From IMG/VR virus record IMGVR_UViG_3300035703_000010, positions 62,001-126,000 of that record: DNA of 64,000 bases, one strand, 5' to 3'. Under the pieces are notes generated by a model. The model did no database searches. It was not told the origin of the DNA and saw only the letters and a list, made by a program, of their open reading frames with translations. Of this stretch, positions 43,389 through 52,951 are shown piece by piece. The first letter of the stretch is position 1; each line of letters starts with the position of its first letter. Both the position numbers and the translations under genes were made by a program.

Positions 43389-46300
43389 ATGGCACAGCTC
43401 AAATTTGGAAGCGCAGGGGTAACGACTAGAGAAATTGATTTAACAGGACCAGTTGAAACGTCACCTACAGGTGTTCCTGCAGGAATAATTGGTACCGCAG
43501 TGAAAGGACCAGCATTCGTTCCTTTAACTTATGGTACTTTAAATGACTTTTTTGCAAAATTCGGTGCTAGTGATTCTAAGAAATTTGGACCAATGGCTGT
43601 TGCCGAATGGCTTAGAAGAGCAACATCAGTTACTTATCTTAGAGTTTTAGGCGTTGGTGATGGTAAGAAAAGATCTTCTAGCGGTCAAACTGCAGGTGAT
43701 GTAACTAATGCAGGGTTTACAGTTGGAGAGCAACTTCCTTCTTCAAACGGAACATTATCATCAAATCCTTATGCAAATGAAAATGGCGTTTTGGGAAGAA
43801 CATATTTCCTCGGATGCTTTATGTCAGAATCAGTAGGTTCTACATTATTCAATGGCGCAGGATTACAAGGAACAGGTAGCGTTAATGGAATTGGTATAAA
43901 CACAGCAGTTCCAATCGTCAGAGGTGTGTTGATGGCACCTTCTGGAGTAGTTTTACGCTTGTCTGCTTCTGCAGCAGGATTAGATTCAAACAAACCATCT
44001 TCATCTTTAGTTGGATCAGATGCAACCGCAAAAGGAACATCATTAGGTTCTTTGGTGTTTGGATCGACACATTCAAAACAGGAATTTACTCTTCTCCTTA
44101 ACGGACACAAAGGAACAGATTCTTCATATCCGAATGTTTTGACTGCATCATTTGATGTAACATCTGCAAACTATATTAGCAAGGTTTTAAATACCGACCC
44201 TTATAAGATCCAGCAAGCAGGACATTATTTAGCAGCACATTGGGATATACACCCAACTCTAGCTGTAGTCACGGGAGTAGGAGCAGTTTCAGAATCTCCA
44301 GTTAATAACAGCGAAAGATCTGTTTTCTTACTCACATCCTCTTTAGCAAGAAACATTGGATCTTCTGAAGTTCCAAACTATGAAGGTTTCAGAGACAGAT
44401 TTACAAATGCAAAAACTCCTTGGGTAATTTCTCAAAAGTTTGGTGGAACGCCAGAAAATCTATTTAAGCTTCACGCACTTGATTCTGGCGGTGGGGTTTC
44501 AAATAAATTTAAGATTTCTATTTACAATATAACTCCATCTTCTGATCCTTTGAACAAGTATGGATCATTTAGCTTAGCAATAAGAAACTTAACTGACACA
44601 GATATTGATCAAAAGGTTTTAGAAAAATGGGAAGGAATCAACCTAGATCCTTCTTCAGATAGATACATTTGTAAGGTCATTGGAGATATTGACGCATACT
44701 ATGATTTTGATCGTGATGAAGCAGCTCAAAAGCTTGTTATCGAAGGAAATTACGAGTTAAGATCAAGATATGTTCGCGTTGAAGTTTCTTCTGCTGTTTC
44801 AGAACAAGCAGTTGATCCTACTGCAATCCCAATGGGATTCAGAGGAATTTCACATTTGGTTACTTCAGGTTCATCTCCGCTTGCAAGCCTTGGAGGAGTT
44901 GATTCTTCGGCTTTATCAAATGCAACATTCACTAGAAACACTGTTGAACCACCACTTCCATTTAGAAATCATCTAAATGACGGAACTGGACAACAGACAC
45001 AAGTTAATTCAAGATATCATTGGGGTTCAAAGTTTGAACACATAATCAGTTTAACAGAACAAAATAGCTCTGTTTTACAAGACAAATCTTTCAATAGCTT
45101 TACGAAACATTTCCCATTGCATTCGATTACTAACATGAACTTTGTCGTTGCAGATAACTCTGGTGCTGCAGACACTGTTGCAAATGGAATTATTGATGTT
45201 GATAGATTCTGCAATAACTTGTTTACTCTAGAAAATGTCAAGATCTTAACAGGATCAAATGGAACAGTCGCACAAAATGACGATTGGAAGTATGCAACTT
45301 ACATTAGACAAGGAAACATTGTTGCAAATGACGCAGCGAAGACAAGAGCTGTTAATGTAAGCGATTTTTCTAATTCTCAGAATAGAAAGTTCCTTAAATT
45401 CTCTTTCATCATGCAAGGAGGATTCGATGGAGTTAATATCTTCGATAAAGATGAAGCAGAAATTAACAATGCAGCCGTTGTTGCAGACATGGATGATGTA
45501 AACAGAGGCCGTTCATCTGGCCCAAGCGTATCATCATACTTGAAGGCTCTTGAAGTTATGAAGAATACAACAAACGTTGATATTCAACTTCTTGCAATAC
45601 CTGGAATTAGAGCTCCAATTGTTACTGATGAAGCAATAAGAGCAACGGAAGAACGCTTTGATGCTCTCTATATCATGGATATAGAACAAGTTGATAAAGA
45701 CGGAAACTTGATAAACATTACTTCAAATGTTAAACCTTCAGTTACTGAGACAGTAGCGCAACATAAGGCAAGAAACCTTAACACATCTTTCGCTGCGTCT
45801 TACTTCCCTGACGTTTTAATCAAGGATCCATCATTACAAACAAATTCAGTCATCGTTCCACCTTCAGTCGTCGTCATGGGCGCTTTAGCATTGAACGATT
45901 CATTAGGATATCCTTGGTTCGCACCAGCAGGATTGACAAGAGGCGATCTACCTTCTACTCTTGAAACAAGCATCCAATTGAAGGATTCAGATTTGGATTC
46001 TCTATACGATGAAGACATCAATCCAATCTATGCTCCAACCACTACGACAAGAGGTGGTACGGGTCCAAAGGGTGGAGTTGTTGTATGGGGACAAAAGACG
46101 ATGCTTCAATCAGCATCTGCTCTTGATAGAATTAACGTAAGACGTCTTCTTATCGACATTCGTCGACAAGTTAGAGAGATTGCTCAAACAATCATCTTCG
46201 AGCCAAACCGCGAAGCGACCTTGGCAAGATTTACAGCTGCAGTTACTCCACGTCTTCAAAGAATTCAAGCTCTTGCAGGTCTTGAGAGATTCCGCGTGAT

Positions 46301-46439
46301 TATTGATTCTTCAACGACGACGCAACAAGACGTTGAGAACAACACGGTTCGCGGTAAGATCTTCTTACAACCCACCAAGACGATTGAATTCGTATCATTG
46401 GATTTCGTTGTGGCAAATAACCTACAACAAGTACAGTGA
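43389..46439 (+). CDS. gp18: Tail sheath protein, paralog 2
   Basis: SAGVTTREIDL...KGPAFVP, PWFAPAGLTRG, INPI, WGQKT, RINVRRLL, PTKTIEFVSLDF. Confidence 0.92.
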   Translation: MAQLKFGSAGVTTREIDLTGPVETSPTGVPAGIIGTAVKGPAFVPLTYGTLNDFFAKFGASDSKKFGPMAVAEWLRRATSVTYLRVLGVGDGKKRSSSGQTAGDVTNAGFTVGEQLPSSNGTLSSNPYANENGVLGRTYFLGCFMSESVGSTLFNGAGLQGTGSVNGIGINTAVPIVRGVLMAPSGVVLRLSASAAGLDSNKPSSSLVGSDATAKGTSLGSLVFGSTHSKQEFTLLLNGHKGTDSSYPNVLTASFDVTSANYISKVLNTDPYKIQQAGHYLAAHWDIHPTLAVVTGVGAVSESPVNNSERSVFLLTSSLARNIGSSEVPNYEGFRDRFTNAKTPWVISQKFGGTPENLFKLHALDSGGGVSNKFKISIYNITPSSDPLNKYGSFSLAIRNLTDTDIDQKVLEKWEGINLDPSSDRYICKVIGDIDAYYDFDRDEAAQKLVIEGNYELRSRYVRVEVSSAVSEQAVDPTAIPMGFRGISHLVTSGSSPLASLGGVDSSALSNATFTRNTVEPPLPFRNHLNDGTGQQTQVNSRYHWGSKFEHIISLTEQNSSVLQDKSFNSFTKHFPLHSITNMNFVVADNSGAADTVANGIIDVDRFCNNLFTLENVKILTGSNGTVAQNDDWKYATYIRQGNIVANDAAKTRAVNVSDFSNSQNRKFLKFSFIMQGGFDGVNIFDKDEAEINNAAVVADMDDVNRGRSSGPSVSSYLKALEVMKNTTNVDIQLLAIPGIRAPIVTDEAIRATEERFDALYIMDIEQVDKDGNLINITSNVKPSVTETVAQHKARNLNTSFAASYFPDVLIKDPSLQTNSVIVPPSVVVMGALALNDSLGYPWFAPAGLTRGDLPSTLETSIQLKDSDLDSLYDEDINPIYAPTTTTRGGTGPKGGVVVWGQKTMLQSASALDRINVRRLLIDIRRQVREIAQTIIFEPNREATLARFTAAVTPRLQRIQALAGLERFRVIIDSSTTTQQDVENNTVRGKIFLQPTKTIEFVSLDFVVANNLQQVQ

Positions 46440-46495
46440 AATTAATTCGATAAAAATGTTCGATATGTTTAGACATTAAAATATCGAATAAATTT

Positions 46496-46525
46496 TAAAG
46501 GCCTCTTATGAGGCCTTTATTTTTA
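46496..46525 (+). terminator. Rho-independent terminator after sheath 2
   Basis: Stem TAAAGGCCTC / GAGGCCTTTA (46496-46519), TTAT loop, then TTTTT. Confidence 0.85.
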
Positions 46526-46549
46526 TTGGTATGCATAGATAAAATCTGC

Positions 46550-46556
46550 ATAGTTA
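46550..46556 (+). promoter_or_regulatory. Candidate late promoter motif ATAGTTA(T)
   Basis: Downstream of the sheath-2 terminator, upstream of sheath 3. Confidence 0.5.
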
Positions 46557-46577
46557 TGAATCAAAGAATCTTGTTAA

Positions 46578-49500
46578 ATGCCAAACAATAACAATAGTCC
46601 AGGAGTTTCATCTAAAGACGCAGGAAGCATATCAAATGTTGATGTAAATGTTTCTTCACAAACGTATACATTGGTTATAGGTACGTCACCAAACGGACCA
46701 GCTTTTGTTCCTGTAGGATTTTCAAATGCTGCAGATTTTCGATCAGTGTTTGGTGTACCTAACGTTGTAGGATCTTCTATCACGCCGATTGGACGAGTCA
46801 CAAACTATGCTCCTTTTGGTGCATATCAATGGTTACAGAATCAAAATTCTCTAGCATTTATGAGAGTTTTAGGAGTAGGAAACGGTAAGAGAAGAGTAAC
46901 TTTAGGAACGAATGCTGGTGATGTAATTGGCGCTGGATTCACTGTCGGTGAAAATCAACCTTCAGGATCTTTAAAAGCTCTTGGTTCAAATCCTTATGCA
47001 AATGAAAATGGTGTTCCTGGAAGAACATACTTTTTAGGATGCTTCATGTCAGAATCTGCAAATTCTACATTTTTCAATGGAGCAGGACTACAAGGAACAG
47101 GAAGCGTCAATGGAATTGGAGTAAACACGTCAGTTCCAATTGTCAGAGGCATATTGATGGCACCTTCAGGAGTCATTTTGCGTTTATCTGCTTCTGCAAC
47201 AGGGCAAGATTCATCTGCTCCTTTATCGACACAATTTGCTATTGATTCATCAGCAAAAGGTGCTACTTTAGGCGATGTTAAACTGTTCAATGACAATGGA
47301 GCATCATTGCAACAGTTCGTAATTTTATTAAATGGTCATAAAGGCACAGAAGATTATCCCAACGTAATTACTGCATCATTTGATATAAAATCCAATCTAT
47401 ATCTTACAAGGGTTTTAAACACAACAGCTTCATTGATTCAAGAAGCAGGACATTATCTTGCAGCTAATTGGGACATACATCCTGCGATTGCAGTTTTAAC
47501 TGGATCTGGCGTCGTTGCTTCAGGAGCAGGTTCACCGAGTAATTCTTCAAGAGTGTTTTCTACTGAAAGATCTGCTTTTTTGCTTACATCGTCCTTATCA
47601 AGAGATGTAGGAAGTACATCTGTTCCAAATTATGAAAACTTTAGAGATAGATTTTCTAGTGCAACAACTCCGTGGATAATATCTCAAAAAATACACGGCA
47701 AGTATATAAACCTATTTAAGCTTCATTCACTATCAGATGGTGAACAAGGATCTTATAAGATAATCATAAGCAATATAAAACCAGCAAGTCAAGATTCTGA
47801 ATACGATTTTTGCACTTTCGACATCATCGTGAGATCTATTTACGATTTTGATGAAACAATCTCAGCTTTAGAAAAATACACTGTTTCATTAGACCCAAAA
47901 TCTGACATCTACATTTCAAAAGTGATAGGTGACAAATACACATATTTTGATTTTGACAGGCCTGATAACAATCAAAAGCTTGTTGTCGAAGGAAACTACC
48001 CAAACAGATCGACAAGATTTAGAGTTGAAGTTTCTGACGAAGTTTCAAATGATCGACTACCTTCAAATATTCTTCCTATGGGATTTAGAGGACTACCTCA
48101 TATAATCACATCTGGATCAAACGTAATGGCTCCGTTGGGAGGTCATGATGCTTCTGCATTAATAAATTCAAGCTTTTTAACTAATTTAGTCGTACCTCCA
48201 ATACCTCTTACTGAGAATATTGCTACGTTTTCTAACGGAACAAAAACCCCGTCTGACGTTCGACGGTGGGGACTTAAGTTTGATCATGTCACCAATGTTG
48301 AACAACAAAACAATTTTTACGATGCAAATTTGTCAACAATTTTGAAACATTTTCCGAATCACTCGACGACAAATATAAACTTTTCAGTTTCAGATAATCA
48401 AGGAACACCGGATACTTCTCAGTTAGGAATTGTTGATGCAGATAGATTTTGCAACAATGTCTTTACGTTAGAAAATATAAAAATTACAACAGGCTCAGCT
48501 GGATACGCTACGAAAGAAGGCTGGTCAAATGCCGTGTATATAAGAAACGGTATTATATCAGAAGATATGACAGCTAAAACAAGAAGAGTCAATGTTTCTG
48601 ATTTTAACGACATAATCAGCAGAAACTATCTAACATTTCAAACTTCTTTATACGGTGGATTTGACGGAACAAGCATTTTCGACGTTGATGAATTTAACAT
48701 GACTGATGCAGCAGTTGCATCTGACATGAATGATCCCAATAGAGGAAGAGAATTCGGTCCGTCTGTCATGTCTTATCTAAAGGCTTTAGAAATAATAAAT
48801 GACACGACAACCATAGATACTAGCTTGTTAGCAATTCCAGGAATTAGAGCTCCGATTGTTACTGATGCTGCTATAAATGTTGCAGAAAGCAGGATGGATT
48901 GTTTATACCTGATGGATATAGAACAATTTGATGGATCAGGAAATAGAATAGATCTTTCAACAAGATTGCCGTATGACAAATCATTCGTTCCTGATATACA
49001 AAATACAATAAATGAATTTGACTCTAGGTCTTTAAATACTTCATATGCAGCTGCGTATTATCCTGACGTAGAATTGAAAATTGATGAAAATTTATATGGC
49101 ATTTCTACAGTTATAGTTCCTGCGACGGTTGCAGCATTAGGAGCGTTTTCTGTAAATGATACGCAAAGTTCTTTTTCAGCTCCAGCAGGAAATTCTAGAG
49201 GCGCCGCGCTAAACGTCTTATCTACTGTTTCAAAATTAAAGAAATCAGATGAAAATTCTTTATACGAAAAAAATATCAATTATCTAATAGCTAGCAATAC
49301 ATCAGTCGGTGGAGAACAGACAGGAATTATTGTTCAAGGACAAAAAACCTTGGGTAAATCTAGAAGTTCATTATCTTCACTATCTAGAATCAATGTTAGA
49401 AGAATGCTTCTTGAAGCAAGAAGAAGAATAAGAGTCATAGCAATGAGACTCTTGTTCGATCCAAATAGAGATTCTATTGTATCAAAATTTGTTTTGCAAG

Positions 49501-49697
49501 CTGGTGATGCTCTGTCTTCGATGCAATCTTCTTTTGGACTAGAAAATTATAAAATCGAAATTGATGCTTCTACGACGACGCAAAATGATATTGACAACAA
49601 CACGATTAGAGGAAAAATTTATATTAAGCCTGCTAAATCCATCGATTATGTATCAATAAATTACATTGTATCGAATAAACTACAGTCTGAAGTTTGA
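46578..49697 (+). CDS. gp18: Tail sheath protein, paralog 3 (diverged duplicate of paralog 2)
   Basis: SPGVSSKD, GPAFVP, FSAPAGNSRG, QGQKT, RINVRRML, PAKSIDYV. Collinear with and locally DNA-identical to paralog 2. Confidence 0.88.
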   Translation: MPNNNNSPGVSSKDAGSISNVDVNVSSQTYTLVIGTSPNGPAFVPVGFSNAADFRSVFGVPNVVGSSITPIGRVTNYAPFGAYQWLQNQNSLAFMRVLGVGNGKRRVTLGTNAGDVIGAGFTVGENQPSGSLKALGSNPYANENGVPGRTYFLGCFMSESANSTFFNGAGLQGTGSVNGIGVNTSVPIVRGILMAPSGVILRLSASATGQDSSAPLSTQFAIDSSAKGATLGDVKLFNDNGASLQQFVILLNGHKGTEDYPNVITASFDIKSNLYLTRVLNTTASLIQEAGHYLAANWDIHPAIAVLTGSGVVASGAGSPSNSSRVFSTERSAFLLTSSLSRDVGSTSVPNYENFRDRFSSATTPWIISQKIHGKYINLFKLHSLSDGEQGSYKIIISNIKPASQDSEYDFCTFDIIVRSIYDFDETISALEKYTVSLDPKSDIYISKVIGDKYTYFDFDRPDNNQKLVVEGNYPNRSTRFRVEVSDEVSNDRLPSNILPMGFRGLPHIITSGSNVMAPLGGHDASALINSSFLTNLVVPPIPLTENIATFSNGTKTPSDVRRWGLKFDHVTNVEQQNNFYDANLSTILKHFPNHSTTNINFSVSDNQGTPDTSQLGIVDADRFCNNVFTLENIKITTGSAGYATKEGWSNAVYIRNGIISEDMTAKTRRVNVSDFNDIISRNYLTFQTSLYGGFDGTSIFDVDEFNMTDAAVASDMNDPNRGREFGPSVMSYLKALEIINDTTTIDTSLLAIPGIRAPIVTDAAINVAESRMDCLYLMDIEQFDGSGNRIDLSTRLPYDKSFVPDIQNTINEFDSRSLNTSYAAAYYPDVELKIDENLYGISTVIVPATVAALGAFSVNDTQSSFSAPAGNSRGAALNVLSTVSKLKKSDENSLYEKNINYLIASNTSVGGEQTGIIVQGQKTLGKSRSSLSSLSRINVRRMLLEARRRIRVIAMRLLFDPNRDSIVSKFVLQAGDALSSMQSSFGLENYKIEIDASTTTQNDIDNNTIRGKIYIKPAKSIDYVSINYIVSNKLQSEV

Positions 49698-51370
49698 ATT
49701 TCTAATTCAAAAACATAATTTTTGCATCCCCATATTTTGACTACTCCTGCGTGTTCAGCTACTTGTGCTTCAGTCAATCCTTCAGAAGCGTCAGCTTTAA
49801 ACTTAAATCTGTTGTATCTATTTTCGAAATCAGTCCACCAAAATCGAGGAGGAGTGGTTGAGGACAATACAAATCCAGCATGTTGATATCCATCGCCAGA
49901 TCCTCCCCAGCGGCTATCAACATATGTTATTATTTTTTTATAACCATTTTCATTACACCATTTTTTAGAATATTTTATTAGCTTACTAATGCCTCCTGGC
50001 ACGTTGTGATTTAACGCAGGACAACATCTAGCAACTTCTATTCCTTCATGCTTTTTATGAAAAGGTTTTCTTAAAGACAAGGCATAAACTATTTTTTCTT
50101 GATTGTCAAAGAGGCCAAACGCTATGATAGATGTTACGTCTCCATCTGCATGATTTTCTTCAAAAAACGTTTTTCGTTCTTGTTTTGTTAAATGTCTAAT
50201 TTTGCATTTTCTTGCATGTATAGTTTGGATTGACATTCCTAATCTAGAAGATATCATCGATTTGACTATGTCCTGTTTGTCTCTCCATTCATCTTCAAAT
50301 ACATGCATCAATTTGATTCCTGCGCATGCTGATTGAACAGACTTATTGTCATGATAATTTTGGGTTTTATTAACATGGCTGTGCCAATACAATCCGTTGT
50401 ATTCTATTGCAAGATGTTTATCTTCAATAAAGATGTCTAATTCAAGACCTCCTAACGTTTTTCTTATATTTCTTTTAACGTTGAATCCCAATGATTCAAT
50501 CCACTTTGCAAGTTCTTCTTGAGCAGCAGAACCTCCTGGAGAACATGAAAAACAACGACCGCGTTGAAGACTTCTTAAAGATCCTTGAAATTGTTTTCCG
50601 CATCCCTTACATTCTACTATGATAACCTTTTGTGCATCGTTTATATAACTTTCAAGACCTCCTATAACAGTAAGTTGTCCTGATTTTTCTATTCTTCCTT
50701 TTATTTCATCATGTGATAATCTTTTTAAATGATCTAACCTATTTCTTATTTGTTTTTCTTTTAATTTTATTGAAACCTTTTGTGATATCTTCTTGACCCT
50801 GTCGTCTGTTTCTTTGGTTAGACCTTTTGCCCAAGGCGTTAATTCCCCTGTTTCAAATCTGCTTTTTAAATGTTCTTTAGCTTTTTTTATTCTATCATCA
50901 GTCTCAGATGACAATCCTTTGTTCCAAGCCTTTATTTTTCCTGTTTCAAACCTTTCTTTTCTTCCTTTGCTAGTTGCTTCTGCTCTATTTTTGATTCTAA
51001 AATCAGATTCTTTTGTTAATCCTGCAGCCCATCCTGGTTTTCCCTTTAACGACTTTGATCTTTTTTCTGCGACTTTTTTTGCAGATTCTTGATCCATCAC
51101 CTTATAGATGAAAGCATTATGTCCATTAATGACTTTTGAATACCCATTCCACCATCCATTCCATTTTGTATAGGCCTCGCATCCACAAGCACACTTAACT
51201 GGACCATCATTCAATTGATCCCATAACTCTTTGCAAGTTGTTTGATGTTCTTCTTGAAGATGACGTTCAAACGCAGTCAGTCTTTTTGACTCAAACCCGA
51301 TGCATAGCGGACATTTTACGATTCTTAGGCCACTTTTATTTGTAGCCATCCGTTCTTGCTCTTCCATCAC
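49661..51370 (-). mobile_element. Free-standing homing endonuclease (Hef-like): Zn motifs, NUMOD3-like repeats, PD-(D/E)XK/DUF559-like nuclease, GNAT-like C-terminus
   Basis: CPLC...H...H, CACGC, three W.xGL(T/S)xE(T/S)DxR repeats, CxxC...CxxC, ELDIFIEDKHLAIEYNGLYWHS, C-terminal IHARKC...ITYVDSRW...KIWGCK. Antisense within the tail operon. Confidence 0.75.
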
Positions 51371-51432
51371 TCATAATATATTCTTAAGTTGAAAAAAAGT
51401 GATCAAAAAATATCTCTGCTTTTCTTGCAAGA

Positions 51433-51439
51433 ATATTTA
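51433..51439 (+). promoter_or_regulatory. Candidate late promoter motif ATATTTA(T)
   Basis: Between the homing endonuclease and the tail tube. Confidence 0.5.
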
Positions 51440-51471
51440 TGAATACTCACCTCATATAGGAGAATCTTACA

Positions 51472-51960
51472 ATGGCTGAGACATTAGACGTTACATCAAT
51501 GATTCCCAATAAATTCGAGCCAAAGCGCAAGAATCGTTGGGTTCTTATGATTGAAGGTATTGATGCTTATATAATGAAGACCGCTGCACGTCCTCAAATA
51601 TCAACTGAAGAAGTTGCAATTCCATTCATCAATTCAACTCGTTATCTTGCAGGAAGAACTACATTCGGACAAATGAACATCACACTTCATGATCCAATTG
51701 CACCATCTGGAGCACAACAGGTCATGGAATGGATTCGTTTGCATTTTGAATCAGTTTCAGGTCGTTCTGGTTATGCTGACTTCTACAAACGCGACATTCA
51801 ATTGAAAATGTTAGATCCCGTTGGTACAGTCGTCGAATTATGGGACATTAAGGGAGCATTCATCATGGATGCAAACTTCAATGAAGTTACCTATGAAGAT
51901 GGCAACCCAGTTGAAATCTCATTAACTCTTCGTTATGACAATTGCGTGCTGCAATACTGA
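51472..51960 (+). CDS. gp19: Tail tube protein (T4 gp19-like)
   Basis: EPKRKNRW, ARPQI...IPFIN...YLAGR, ITLHDP, VMEW, YKRDI.L..LDP.G..VE.W..KGAF. SD AGGAG. Confidence 0.9.
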   Translation: MAETLDVTSMIPNKFEPKRKNRWVLMIEGIDAYIMKTAARPQISTEEVAIPFINSTRYLAGRTTFGQMNITLHDPIAPSGAQQVMEWIRLHFESVSGRSGYADFYKRDIQLKMLDPVGTVVELWDIKGAFIMDANFNEVTYEDGNPVEISLTLRYDNCVLQY

Positions 51961-51982
51961 GAAATTGCTAGCTGCATGAATC

Positions 51983-52018
51983 AAAAGGCCTATGTTTTCA
52001 TAGGCCTTTTTTGTTTTT
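51983..52018 (+). terminator. Rho-independent terminator after the tail tube
   Basis: 12-bp stem AAAAGGCCTATG / CATAGGCCTTTT, TTTT loop, then TTGTTTTT. Confidence 0.88.
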
Positions 52019-52035
52019 TATTTTCTATTATATAG

Positions 52036-52065
52036 GTTTACTTTTCTTATAAATGATTACATAAT
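52036..52065 (+). promoter_or_regulatory. Possible sigma70/T4-early-like promoter for the chaperone gene
   Basis: GTTTACT (52036-52042), 17 bp, CATAAT (52060-52065). SD AGGAG before ATG 52088. Confidence 0.4.
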
Positions 52066-52087
52066 TTAAGCAATCATTAGGAGTAAC

Positions 52088-52951
52088 ATGTCCGATAATA
52101 GAGAAATAAAAAATTCAGTTTTTACACAAGGCGCACCCAACCATGATCCACGGATTCCTTCGATGTCTCAAGCTGACGCAGTAAAAGCAGAGTTCGGCCT
52201 AGACATTCCAACTGAATTGGTACCTCTTCCTTCTAATGGTAAAGTTTATCCTCCTTCATCGTCTCTTTACGCAAAAGAAACAGTTGAAATTCGTCCTATG
52301 ACAGCAAGAGAAGAAGACATTTTAACTTCTCGTGCCTTATTAAAAAAAGGAACTGTTGTAACTGAATTAATTAAATCATGCCTAGTGGATAAGTCTATCA
52401 ATACGTTAGATCTTCTTGCTGGAGATAGAAACGCGTTAATGGTTGCTGTTAGAATCACAGGATACGGCCCTGAATATTCAGCGGAAGTTACATGCAATGA
52501 GTGTGATGCAAAAAATCAGCAAACTTTTAATTTGGCAGAACTTCCTATTAAACGCCTCGAGATAGAGCCAGTTGCGGACGGACAAAACTTATTTGAGTTT
52601 TCTCTTCCTCATACAAAGAAGAGAGTTAAGTTTAAGTTCACGACTGGAAAAGATGAAGAAGAATTAAGCATAACTCAAGAGAAGCAAAAGAAGCTTGGCT
52701 TAAAGACTGATACAACGGTTACAACTGCATTACAGCAAGCAATTGTTTCAATCGATGGAATAGAAGATCGATCAAAGATTAACAATTTCATAAAGATGAT
52801 GCCTGCAAGAGATTCTTTGGCACTTAGAAATTATATTCGCCAAAATGAACCAGGATTGACCATGAAACAAGATATGACATGCCCAGAATGTGGTCATTCC
52901 GAGGAGGTGAATATGCCGCTCGGTGTTAGCTTTCTTTGGCCTACGACCTGA
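52088..52951 (+). CDS. Tail assembly chaperone / baseplate hub assembly protein (gp26/gp51-like; G of a G/GT pair)
   Basis: LVPLPSNGKVY...IRPMTAREEDIL, CNEC and CPEC Zn pairs. Lies between tube and tape measure. Confidence 0.75.
   Translation: MSDNREIKNSVFTQGAPNHDPRIPSMSQADAVKAEFGLDIPTELVPLPSNGKVYPPSSSLYAKETVEIRPMTAREEDILTSRALLKKGTVVTELIKSCLVDKSINTLDLLAGDRNALMVAVRITGYGPEYSAEVTCNECDAKNQQTFNLAELPIKRLEIEPVADGQNLFEFSLPHTKKRVKFKFTTGKDEEELSITQEKQKKLGLKTDTTVTTALQQAIVSIDGIEDRSKINNFIKMMPARDSLALRNYIRQNEPGLTMKQDMTCPECGHSEEVNMPLGVSFLWPTT

Noticed and set aside
46983-46993. tRNA T-loop-like GGTTCAAATCC
   Set aside because: Lies inside sheath 3 (GSNP codons), has a paralogous match in sheath 2, and has no cloverleaf around it.
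50793-51092. Plus-strand 99-aa ORF inside the homing endonuclease
   Set aside because: Antisense mirror of the NUMOD3-like repeats.
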